Positions 26,509 to 39,600 of a DNA stretch of 64,000 bases are shown in pieces; the first letter of the stretch is position 1, and each line of letters begins with the position of its first letter. Under the pieces are notes generated by a model that did no database searches, was not told where the DNA came from, and saw only the letters and a list, made by a program, of their open reading frames with translations. The DNA comes from Thalia democratica (taxonomy: Eukaryota): the NCBI GenBank assembly GCA_965202585.1, contig OZ241833.1, positions 30,752,001-30,816,000 of the forward strand. Reading direction: 5' to 3'. The position numbers and the translations under genes are program-made.

Positions 26509-27436
26509 CTTGTATACTTTCCGCTATTTTTCACTTTCAATAATAAAGCATGTTTCCTGCACTAAAAATAAAAAGGTTTACGTAAATCATAAATAACATA
26601 AAAAGTTAACAGTATGTAAAAGGTCACAGAAATATTATAAGTTAAGTCATTTATTTAGACACGAATGAGACATTTACTTATGTAAGTTTGTCTCTTAAAA
26701 CCGCACCGGTAAATAATACTGACTTACTTCTAATCGTTACCTTTATTACAACTAAAAAAAAGTTTATAAAACAAAAATAAATATACGAGTTGTTTTGATA
26801 TAGATTAGATTGTTTACACGTTGAAATTTGTGATGATATTATTTTCTAAATTTATCTTGTTTAAAAATAAAATCTGAATTTCTAGAGGCTAATTGTTTGT
26901 TTCATCATTTATACAGTTCAATGGTTTGATATGTTATATCTTGAGCCCTTCCTAAAACTTCAATACATCGTTTATAAAAGTATACTTTATTTAAACTCTT
27001 TCTAATATTTTTATGAAAATTATCGAGGTTACTTTAGTAAGGGTTAAAAACATATTTTAGTGAATAATGTATTTGACATAATTAAAAATGTATATTTTTT
27101 GTTTTAATGTTGTTTTGTAATGCAACTAAGTTTAACGTTTACTTTACAACAGAAAAACTATTTTTTATTAAAATTTATTACACATTTTGATTGGCACATG
27201 AGGCGAAATAATTACAAATTACATAAAAAAAAAGTACAAATGACGTTAAAATGTAAAAAAGGAAAGGCCGGCGTGGCAATAAATAAAAAAGTTAAAACAA
27301 AGACTTTTAAATAAACAAAAACATTACAAATACAACTCAAAACTAAATAAAAACTGGTTTAATTTTTTTTTTGGAATTGTTAAAAAATTGAAATTTGTCT
27401 TATTTAAGATCAAACAAGATTAAAAATTAAAAGAAA

Positions 27437-27644
27437 TTAAAAATTCTGAAAGTGTGATGATTGGCGGTTTTCGAAGTTGGGGTTGTCATGACCACCGTCT
27501 TCGAGGGGAAGTCCCTGGTCCTTTTTGGCGCGAACGGAAACAGACGTGGAAGCCATTTCCGTCGCTTCGTATTGTCCATCCCTGGTGCCTCCGACAGAGT
27601 TGTCAAATAGGGGGTTTCCGAAATTTCCCCGCGACTTTTTCGTG
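27437..27644 (-). CDS. Terminal exon: cytoplasmic tail and stop
   Basis: [17 protein letters not shown]...[17 protein letters not shown]. The ORF-track frame at 27427-27708 is a different, incorrect frame. Confidence 0.85.
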
Positions 27645-30600
27645 CTGCAGGAAGTAAGATTTTTTTTTTGTGTTTGTAAATAAATATATACTGCAGTAAG
27701 TAAAACAAATGAAAATTATTTCTTGTAAACTTTCATCAAGTGATAAAATTAGTATAACTTCATTTTAAAATCCTCAAACTCTTTATAAGTCTTTTTTTAC
27801 AAAACAACTTTAATCTGGACTAAAAACTATATCAGTTGCATCGAACAACAGAATGCTAGTTTAATAAAAATGTTTTAAACAAATATAAAAGAATTAATAA
27901 ACAAATATATATATATATATATATAACTCACTATACGGATCTGTCGTACAAGTACCAGAACAACAAAACGACGATGGCAAGACCGAGAATTGAACCAATT
28001 ATTATCCCCGCCACTTGACCTTTAAATTATTATTTAAAAGTTTACATTTTATTTACTTAGTACGAAGTATTTTTTGCACGGTTTAAAAAAGATTTTCACT
28101 AAATAACGCTAAAAAAAGTTTTTAATATAAAATACTTATACGTAACAAAATACGTTTAAACATATAAACGTGTTAAGCCTGCTGGTATCAGATATTAACA
28201 TTACTTTATAACAAACCATAACTTTTCATTTGTTTATTTTAAACAACTCCGATAAACTTATTAGTATCCTTAAATAAAGTACGCTTTAAAACCTGCTGAA
28301 GTTTGATTGTTTATCCTGATGTTTAATTTTACTTTAGAGTCAACAAAACGTTCTAAGAAATTTCAAGCACTTTCCATACAAAAATACAACTCAACAAAAA
28401 CACGTATATTTTTGTTTGTGCATTTATCAAACCATACCTCCGTTGATTCCGTCGGTGTCCTTCTGTTCCACGGGATCCCTCTTCTTCTCGCACCTCACTC
28501 CCACGTACCCGTCATCACAGTTACAAGCGGGCCCCCCGTTGTTCACCAGGGAGCACTTCCCGTGGGACGAGCAGTAGTTGGGCGGGCACGCGGGTTGGCA
28601 CAGGCTCTCGTCCGTCTGTTGGTATGTATGTGTATTATGTTCATGTATTTGATGCGAGTGTAAAACGGTTGAAAAGTTCCTTAAGATTTGTTAAACGCTG
28701 TTATTATGGTGTGTACTAGTATAGTTTAAAGCATAAAAAAATTGTTTAATTTCTTTTGGATTGATTTAAATTATGCATAGTTATTACTTGAATGCGGGTT
28801 GACACAGGCTCTCGTCTGTCTGTTTTGATAAGTGTGATTCTAACTAACAGCTCATATAATAAGTTTAGCAAAAAATATTAAAACATTTAAAGCCATAGTC
28901 TTTTGTTGGTTATATAGTAAGTACATGTGTGAGATGGTTGAAAAATTCTTTAAGGTTTTATTAAACAATTTACTTTATATACACTAACTTTAAGCTTGTT
29001 TTAGAATACAATGTTCTTAAGGTTTTGAATAACTTTTGTTACAAAACAACAGTTATATACTAAACACACGTGCAACACTTACCATGAAGTTCATGCAGTC
29101 GACTTTTCCGTTGCACAGCAGCGAAGCGTCCAGGCACTGCCCGCCGCCGTTGTAGCAGTAGAACTGGCCGGCCTTGCACTGGTTGCTGCATTGCGCCTCG
29201 TCCGCTGCATTGCTGCAATCTGCAACGCCGTCGCAAACGTACAATCCCGCCACGCACTCGTCGTCCTTGCATCGGAACTGTGAGTTGATTAAAAAAGTTG
29301 TTCAGAACCGCTTTGATTGTGAGTTTAATTTGAACAACTGCTCGTTTGAGGTGAGTTTTCTAAAATGTAATTTAATACACGGTTTCGACGCTCTTTTTAA
29401 ATTTCCATAGACTAGCTGCGCCGGAAAAAAGTAATGATTTTTTTTATGTTCAATACTTCAAAAACACTACAAAGATTGTGCAACTCTTGAAAAAAAGCTT
29501 CATTCAAGTTAATAAGCGTAGAAAAGTGTAAACATATAACTCATTATGTTTTTGACTTCAACTATTTATCTGATTTTCTGAGCTAGTTTCTACTGCTACT
29601 CAATTTTACTTTACTCAATTTCTTCAGACTAAACATGTCTCGCTAATAGAAGAACAAAATATTTTTTGTTTAAAGCTTAAATTATAAAGAAACAAAAGTG
29701 GCATCAGAACAAAGCCCTTAGTAAAATTACAATGCTCAAGATGTACAAACCTTTTAATTTTTTTATTTAGTTTGAAAAACAAACCTGGTCGGGTCGACAC
29801 TGCCCGGTGTTCTGGCTGGGCGTGGTCTGCTGCGGATGCGTCGACACTGGAGGGCAGCCGACCTCGTCGTAACCGTCGTCGCAGTCCGTCACCCCGTCGC
29901 ATTTCCACCTAGTGGTCAAGCATTCGACGACTCCGTTTCTCGCGCACGAAAACTCGTCGGAGGAGCAGACTAAAGGCGGAGGGGTGGGAGAAGATCCTGT
30001 TGATTTTTATGACGTCATAATAACAAGTCTTAGTGATTTTAAACCGAATAATACTAAAATAAAGGTAAATATGCTTAATATTCATTTCAATGTTTGGTGA
30101 TATTAGAAAAGTTTTTGCAAACTTTATGACTATTTTAGCATTTCGTAAAAACTTTGTAAATCACTTCAATGAACAATACTTTATGGATCTGTTTAAAAAT
30201 AAGAATTTATTATCTATGACGTCACATACCTGTGGTGCACTCCTTGTTGAAGGTGACGTCGTCGATGGCAATAACTCCCCCGTACTGGGTATTCCCCGCG
30301 CCCGCCGCCCCTTCGAACTGCACGCGGAAGTCGTGGGTGGTTGCCAGGGGAACGTAGGCGTACTGCCACTGGGCGTCGTACAGCACCGAGTAGCCGACGA
30401 AAGTGGCCGCAAGCTGGCGCGATTTACCGTCCGCTGATTGGACGAACACCTTGAGGATGGTGGAAGTGTCCGAGCCTGTCATTGGTTGAAAGTTTGATTG
30501 TTGACAATTTAAGTGTAAAACAGTTATCCATCCTAGATTAAATACCAAACACCTTTATGTTTGAATCTGGTAGAATTTGGCGTCGAAGTTTCAAGACTCA

Positions 30601-33600
30601 AAGATAAACTCAACTAACTTTAAAGTACTACTTACAAATATAAATTTATCATTAAAAAAAATGGAGTCACCTAGTGCAATGCAAGACTCAATTAAAAAAC
30701 AATCCTGCAAAAAAAACCTAGCCAAGTTACTTGTGGAAACTTTTCAAATGACTAAAACCTAAACAAACCGGTCATGTAGTAGAAGAACCTGACGGCGCAG
30801 AGGTCGTGGCTGGCCTTGAAAGCGTCCCCGGTGGTCAGCACCGCCGTGGCGCCCACGTCCCACGATTTCACGTCCACGTACACGAACTTGCCGTTCTGCG
30901 AGTCGGGAGTGTGGTCGGTGGGCGGCCCCGATGAGGTCGGGGTGGCTCTGGCGTTGGTGACCCCTTTGGAAAAACTTTGAATTGAACTTTTTGATACTTT
31001 TAGTGCTAAATACACACGAGCTAAAGTGGCCTCGGTGGCAAAAACTTTAAGAAAAAAAACCAAAAGTAAAATACTTATTAAAAAAACATTTAAGAACATA
31101 GTTGAAAGCGAACATTTACGAAAAATCAAAATAAGCAAAATAAGATAATTTTTAAAATCAGTTGAAACAAGTACCGGTGGAAATGATCCAGTCGTAGTTG
31201 TCGTCTTTGTTCTGGGTGTACCTGCAACCGTTTTCGAATATTTGCCCGTCGAATGTGCAGTCTCCGTTGGTGAACTTGCAGCCCACTTCGTCACTGCTGT
31301 CAGGACAGTCGTCGTGCAAATCACACACCTTAAAAGAAGTGTTGCGATTGTAAAGATGGTTTTAAAAAGTTTTTAGAAAAACGGTTTTACACTGTGCATA
31401 ATAATTTTTTTTTGTCAATAAAGTTCTAAGAAAGTTTATTATCAAACAGTTTCGTACTGTTGTATAATTTTTTTTAAATGTGTATTTTTATTTTGTTCAT
31501 GTTTTGTTCTTCAAGTTTTCACTGTTATACACACCTACCTTTACTAATAAAACCCTATACTTCTGGTTATCCCGTTTTATTTAAACCTTTTAAAAATTTG
31601 CATAGCAACCGTACCTGGTGACCAGGGACGCAGATGCCCATGTCGCACTGGAACAATCCGACTTGACAGTTGTGACCAGCCGATTGGTCGCCGCAACCCG
31701 CGAATATGACGTCATCAATCGCCACGTGACCCGCGTCCTTTCCGTTCTCAACTTCGAACATAATCTCGAAATCGCTGCGATTAAAAAATAGTTTATTTAT
31801 TTTTTTTTAAACTTATTTTGTTTGTAAAGAGATCAAATAGTTTTGTATTAGGTGTCAAGTTTCGCTGCAATTTTTCTTAAAGTACAAACTTATTACAAAA
31901 CAACAACATTAAATAAAATATAGTTAATGCTTTTATCCGCATAAAAGGAAAAACTTTATAATTTTTAATAGACTTTCACATGATTAAATATTTAACAAGT
32001 AGTTTCTAATGCCAAACCTTTTACTTCCGATCATAACTGTAGCTTGGGTCCACGCCGATCCCTGGCTTCCCTGAACATTGAGTAGGGTGAGGGGGGCCGC
32101 AGTTGAAAGTTTTATTATGACCTTCAATGATCCTATGTCCGTTTTCTGTAAGATTGAACTTGTTTTTAAGGTGTGTTTCTAACGGTAGAAATAAATATTT
32201 TCGTTGTTTTACAACGCCTTGCTTGTAGAGTTTAGAAAAGTGATATTAAAAGTAGAATTCGAACAACAAACAAATACCAAAGTACGAATTAAAAAATCAC
32301 CAAAATTTGACCAAACTACTATATATTTATTAGAAATTAAAAAAATAAACAACAAAACATTAAGAACTACGCATACAAAACTCACACTGTCATCAAGGGA
32401 CTTCATGGTGTAGTAGAAACTCATCTGGCAGGAGTCCTTGGACATTTTGTAAACGTCGCTGATCAGGTGGGATTTCGTGCCGACCGGGGCCACACTGGAC
32501 CCGGTTGCTACGTACATGAAGCTACCCACCGACGATCTGATTGTTAGGGAGTTATTGTTGTGGTGTATGGTTGGAGACTTATGTTTTGTAATGAAACTTG
32601 TAAAAAATAAAGTGGTTAAAAACAAGTTTCGTAATAAGTTGATCTACGAAACAATTTAGCAATTTTCGAGCAAAAAAAGTAAGCATAAAGTGATAGTTGT
32701 GTCATGTTCTAAATAAAGTTCTACATAGTGTTGAAATGAGCAGTTTGTAAAACCTAATTGAGAATTTTTTTTGGTCATGTTTGAAAGTATGTTTCCTTGT
32801 GTGCATATCTCATACACTTAGTTTGTTGCAATAAAATAAATTTAAAATTCATTACACTGAACAAAATGTATACTTACCCAGTTGTGTGGTCGTTGCTGGG
32901 CACATTGGGGTCTGTGCTTCCTTTGGTGAACACCCAATCTGTTTCTGAACCCGCAGAAGGAGAATTTTTCCATCCACAGGTGTCGTATTCAAATGTACAT
33001 TGTGCTCCTATTCAGTTTTGTATCGATTAAATAAAAAAATTAGAAATTTAACCTTAAATATGAAAAAGATGTAAAAGCTGATAGAATTTTTTGAGGAGTA
33101 AGAATTAAAATTGAATTTTAGTCAGTATATAGAAGATAAAAATTTTAGAAAGTGAACAAATTCCAATTAAAACTTAAATGTGTTACAGCATTAAGTTTTT
33201 CGGTTACTAAAATACTTTAAATCAAACGAAATATACTTCCACTTAACTTAGTTTGACTTGTTTTTTTTTAATTGAGAATTTTATCTTTAGACTCCAACCA
33301 ACCGCAAGTGGCCTCGTCGCCAGGCAGTCCGTTGCCAAGGAAGTTCTTGCAGTAGTCAAGGAAGTCGCACCGCTGCTCGTCTCCGTAGCAACCTGTGCTG
33401 CCCTCACCGCACGAGTACAATCCCTCCCCGCACTCGGCACTAGGTGGCGGTTTCGTGGGGGAATTCCCGTGACTTCCCTCCGCATCGTATGTGCAGCCGT
33501 CCGTGAAACTGACGTCGTCCAATGAGATCGATTTCGTTCCGCCCCGGTGGTCAGACTCGAACACGACTGTTGATTGGATTGAATCATAAGAGTTTTATAA

Positions 33601-36600
33601 CCAAGTTTTAGCTTCGTCGTAAAAGTATTTAAAGAACTATGTTAGTAATAACTTAACTAAGTTTGCTTATTTAAAGTTGAGCTAGGAAAACTATTTTTAA
33701 ATTATATTATTAATATTAAATATTTCTCTGATTAAATCAGTTAAAGAATTTTTTAACTTAAATTCACCATAATACCATTATAAATACTAAGTTGTCTAAA
33801 AAATAAATTTTCTAATGCTTTTTTAGATATTTATTTAAATATGATGTTATCAAAATATTACTAACTTTGGAAGTTATCGTTCATCTTGGGCACTTTAACT
33901 TCCCTCCTCTGCCAGAAATCTCCGTAAGGACCGTCTGAAGTGTCCGTTAGGAGCTGGAAGTCCTTCTGGGTGGTTCCGATCCACGTCCTGGCGTAAACGT
34001 TCAATACGTCATCAGATGAAAGCTGGTGCACGTAGAACCTGACGTAACAGTTCGCAGATGTTGACAGGAACAATCCTGTGAAGATATCGTAAAAACTTTA
34101 GTTATAGTAGCCTGTGGTAATAAAGAATTAAGGATTAAATTATGATGTTTTATTGTCAAGAAAGTTACACTTGTAATAGAAAATAATATTAATTGAAGTT
34201 TTATAAGAAACTAGCTTAAACTTAAGTTTACATACATGTATATGTATAAGCTCAAAATAAAATTATTGTAATTCATGAGGTTAAATAAGTCGTTGTAACA
34301 TTAAGTTAAACAATTAAAACAACCTAACTCAGTCCTAAAGTCTATAAAAGTTCTTTTAAGGTAAACAAGTTCTTACGAAATATTTTAAACCAATATTACA
34401 CGTTTCTTAAGTTTTAAAACTTTATCCATTTTCAATTTTAAACACTACTAATTGTTTCATACTATTACCTGGAGTTGCGAATCTGGCCTTGCCGCTGTCG
34501 GCGCCCGAAAGCGAGTTGATATTAGCGTACATGAAATGTCCTTCAGGTAGTCCCAGGGTGTGGTCGCTAGTTGGCGCAACCCCGTTCTTCCCGTTCGCCC
34601 CATTTACCAGTTGCCACAAGTATTCTTGAGGTTCAACCTGGTAGTTACAAGTGTCCAACTCGAAGTCGCATCTGAAAGATTAAAAAAAGCTTCATAAAAA
34701 AGTAATTGAGATTTTGTTCTTAGATTATTTTTATGTTCAGATAATTAGATGATAGAATAGTACCTTTAACGTTTTAATAAACAATATTTTGTGGTTTAAA
34801 TTTTAAAAGTTTAAAACTAACTCATGTTTGCGCAGTAAACTCAATAAAAATTAGTCAAACTTAACTTTAATAAAAGTTAAAGTGCTGCTACAAAAAATCA
34901 TAAAACTTGTTTTATAATTTAACTTATAAGAAACACTTTGTTATGGCTAATCTTAGCTAACACTCTAAACGACTTATTATTCCAATACTTAGATAAAGCA
35001 AGTTTATTTTGAAATTTTATTATATACCTAGGTTTCTTGAGGTAGCAAATAGTTTCAAGCTCGTCTGTGTTATCTCCACAATCGTTTGCAAAATCACAAA
35101 CTTGATCGGTCGGCACACAAACCTGCAGTACGTTAGTTTTTAAGGCTTAGAAAAACCTGTATTGCTTCAAAAAATAAATTTAATGCTAACGCCTTAGTGT
35201 AAAGATATTAAGTTTGAAGAAAAGAACAATTCAATTAAGCTAATTTCAACTAACAAATTCATTAGTTTAGTCATACAGTTCATTAGTTTATTTGTTGGTC
35301 AACAAAACTGCATCTTGAAAATATTACACCAGTAAACCTGAGACGTTTACGCATAAAAAAAGTAAATCAAGCAAAAAAACAAACGTCGTTGGCGCACTGA
35401 ATCTCGTTGCTTTGACACGTGGCTTGAGGCATTGGGGGTTCACAGTTGACGAAAGTGACGTCATCAATGGCGATGCTGGTTGTCGCTGACGTCATTCCTA
35501 ACGCTTGGATCAACACCTGAATATTTAATTCCAAGTTAGGGACTTTTTTAAAAGTTAAGTCAAAACGACTGGTAAAGTATTATAAAAACTTAAATTAACT
35601 TCCAATAAAGGAGATGATTTTTTTTTTATTTGGCGCAACTGAATTACGAGTAAATTTAAATAACTTAAATTATATTAAACTTATTTATACTGAAAGAGTT
35701 CAAAGTAAAAAAAAAACATATTTCAAAAAATTTATAAAAAAATAAAGAACTAAGATAAAAGGCTTTGGAATTTTAAGCATATATTTTTGACATTTTGACG
35801 CATCACTGTCTCATAAACCTCGAAATTTTTGCGCTGTCCAATCAGAGCTCTCGCCTTGATCCACCCGGTCTGCTCCAACCCGCTCCTCACCCACGCTGTC
35901 TGCTGGCTGTAATCCTCGCTCGACCCGATGTTCACCGACAAGCTGGAGGCCACGTCCGATTGGCTGTCTCCCATCCAATAGGAGAACTCCATGTAGCACT
36001 CGGGACCCGTCCTCGAAATTGTTCCGGAGGAAACCTGAGAAAAGTATTTTTTTGACAATACTCTAATAAAGTTTTGATTGGCGTGTTTTCGTAAGCAATG
36101 AAATGCTGCCTTAAATAGGGATCTGGTTTAAGTTGCAGGAAAGTTTGTGTATTGGATTTAGTTTTGCAACCTTATAATCTTCAGAATTCCTTTTTATCGT
36201 TTTCAATTAACTTAAAAGAGTTTGCAAACCAACAGTCGTTTCAAACAATAAAGAAAAGATTTTAAACAAAATCGAAAAACTCTCACCACAGCATTGGCAC
36301 CGGTATTGATTCCTTTCGCGTACAAGTATTTTCCGCTACCAGAGGTGCTATCACTAGATGGCGTGCTTCCATCCCCACTCGGCCCTTGACCTACCGTCCA
36401 GCTCGCTTGACTGTAACAAATTTTAATTAAAATAAATGTTAGTAAAAAAAATGTATGTCATAGTTGTTAAGTTCGTAGTAGTCAACACTTTAGTTAGACC
36501 AAATATTTTATTTGTACACAGCTAATAAGTTTACATAGTTGAATATTTAAATTTATAAAATTATTAATATTTAAATTTGTAATAATCTGCAGAAATTTTA

Positions 36601-39600
36601 TGATTTTATATGCTATCAGTTTTGCACGTTTTACAGAATTTTAAAAATCAATGTTCTAATTTACCTGCCAGCCATTGGTAACCAATTGCAAATTCCATTT
36701 TCGAAATTGCAAGTAATTCCAACTGTACAAAAAAATGTTTTTTTTCATTTTAATGAACTATTTTTTTTAATTTGCTGTTTCAAGTTTAAAATAAGCTTTT
36801 TTTTATTTGTTTTGTGACAAACACGTACTATAAATGAGATTTAGTTTATTTCAATTAAAAATGTATACATATTTAAAAATTCTCTCCCACATTTATTTTT
36901 TACCAACTCACCGCAGTTCTGTTCGTCCAGTCCCCCGGCACAGTCCTCCCTGAAGTCGCACTTCCTGCTGTTGGGAATGCAGTAAATTCCGCCGTTAGGG
37001 GCGCAATTGAGCTCCTTCTGGGAGTCGCACGTCGTTGGTATGGCAACCGACGGGGGTGGCTCGCTCGGCGACAATGTTGGAAGAACAGCTGTGTTTAAAA
37101 TTATTATTATTTTTTTTTTTTTTATTATTATGTTAAATAAACATATTAAGCTGTTGTTTATTCACTTCGAAGGCAAATTTTACTCTTATATAAAAATATG
37201 GACAAATGTTACAACTTGTCACAACATTAGTTTGTTTTTGATTTGTACTATTTTGCAAAGTGATTCGTAATTTTGATAAAAAAGCTTTTTAACGTTGCTA
37301 CAAGTTTTTATTTTATTTTCCTCGAATACAATTAATACTATATTTACATTCAGAACAAACATAACTCTTATTTTTCCAAAACAACTAACCACTGGAATAG
37401 GCGCATGATTGTGAGAACGAGATGTCGTCAATTGCAACGATTCCCGACTCGCCTCTGCCTACTGTAGCTATTATCACCACCTAGAAATAAAAAATAATGG
37501 TTGTTATTTCTTCCACTGATTTCCATCACAAAGTACTTCTAGATTACTTTCAATAGTACTTCCATTAAACATAATGAAAGACTGCATGTAAATTTGTTTA
37601 CTTTGGAACTCGTTGTTCCACGGAGAAACGCTTAAAATTTTAAATTTTGTTATCTAATAAAAAATTTAGGAAAGTTTAATTGCACCGTTCTTCAAACAGC
37701 CCAACATACAGCGGAGAAAAATACATGCACTGCAGTAACTTACAGCGAAACTTTGAGTTTCGACCAATTAGAAAGCGACTTACGGCGAAGTTTTGGGTTT
37801 CGACCAATGGGACGACGGCTTGGTTCCACGTGCTCGACGTTTCCGGTTTGTCGATGCTCCTCTTCAGCTGCCATCCTCCGTTGGAGGCGGTCTTGGTGAA
37901 GATCTGCAGAGGAATGAGGTCCGCTCCCTCCATAAAGTACCACAACCTCAGCTGTTGGGTGAAAAATAAAAGTTGCTTTGCTATCACTTGAGGTAAGCCA
38001 GTGTTGTTGTTAATTAGTTTAAACGAACTGAACAAAACTGTTATAGATATGGAATTGTAACAAATCTTGATTCTCATAAAGTTTCAAAGCTTCAGTGTGG
38101 CTTTGGCTGCTCGGCATATAGTTTTTTATAACTTTGTTTTAAGAATTTGATTTAAAAAAATTGAAAAAATCCTTTAAAAGGTATATTTTAAAGATTTTAT
38201 GAACAACTAGAAATACCATTAACACTGTGCATGAAACTTAAAAATTAATAAATTCAATTATACAGTTACTAAATAATTCTATTTAATAAAACCACCAACC
38301 ATGCATCCTTGAGCGGATGGAGAGGCTTGTATGACCGGGGAGTTGTAGTAGGCCGTGTCCTCAGACTTCCTGGGTTGCCGGTAGTCCACGTACAGGTAGT
38401 GGCCCGAAGAAGTCTGCAGCGTATGGTCCCTGTACGGTCCTGTTTGGAGAAGAAAGCGTTTGTACAAGTAAAAGTGGTGAAAAAAAATGCAATCAAGCTG
38501 TTTAGTATGTTGGGTTCGGGTAAATTGTAACCATTGCAATGACGTACCAGCTAACAGACATTCAATCGAATAAAACAATACTTTCTTATCGTATTTAAGT
38601 AATACTTTTTCTACCAATGTTCACACAAACCTGGTAACTGAACAGGGGCTTTACCCTGCCAAACGGTCCAATCAAAATCGTCCATTCCAGTTTCCTGACT
38701 CCACAGTGTAATTTCGCGGTCTTCGAACGAGGTTATTTTTGCAGCATCTAGAAAAAAAAAACTTTTAGTCTTTACCGTTCGGCATTAAGTACTTAAACGA
38801 ATTTATTTAAGGTTTTAAAACTCATTGATTTTAAACTTTACAATTGTATTCAAAGATTTTTTTAAAACTTATATAATGAACAAAGAACTCTTAAGTTTTG
38901 TTTAAAGTGTTGAACCAAGTAAAAGTTAATGAATATAATAGGAAAAATCAATTTTAATAAAAAGTAGCTAAGTTCTTTATTTCATAAAACATTTTTACCT
39001 GTTTGTTAACACTTATTACTTAAATCAGTACCCAATTTTTCAATTCAAACCCTTATTAAAAACCAAATAAAAAATTAAGTATTTATTAAAATATATTATT
39101 CAAAAACAACATACCACAGGCTTGCTCGTCGGTCAGGTCACCGCAGTCGTTCACGCCGTCGCAAACCCCGTACCCCGCGTTCACGCACGCCCCGCTGTTC
39201 TCACAAGTCACGCTCAACCCGGGCTCGCAACCAGTGTCGGGTGCGGTCGGCAGCTGGCACCCCACGAACGAGATGTCGTCGACGGCGGTGCGACCCGAGT
39301 AGTAGCCGCTGTCCTCCTTGTTGAACGTTATCTGCAAAAAAATCATTTTTATGCGGTTCGTGCACAAATTCGAAAGAGCTTTGTTATCTTAATAGTTTGA
39401 ATTTTCTTTTTAAATAGACTTTAAAATTTATTGTTTTCGCTGCACATTTAGCATTTGGTTTTACAAATCAAAGAAAATTTAAAATGTAGATGTTGAAAAT
39501 TTTACTTCCTCAATTTTTGATAAACACCCGTGCCCGTGGGCGTTTTAACAACTTGAAAAAATGAAATTTAAAACTGACTTGGAAACCGTTGGGCCTGTGC

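Noticed and set aside
35123-35384. Intron starts gtttgt and the next exon starts GTTTGT (possible intron-gain repeat)
   Set aside because: gtttgt is the commonest donor here and Val-Cys codons are expected in LDLa, so a single case is not informative.
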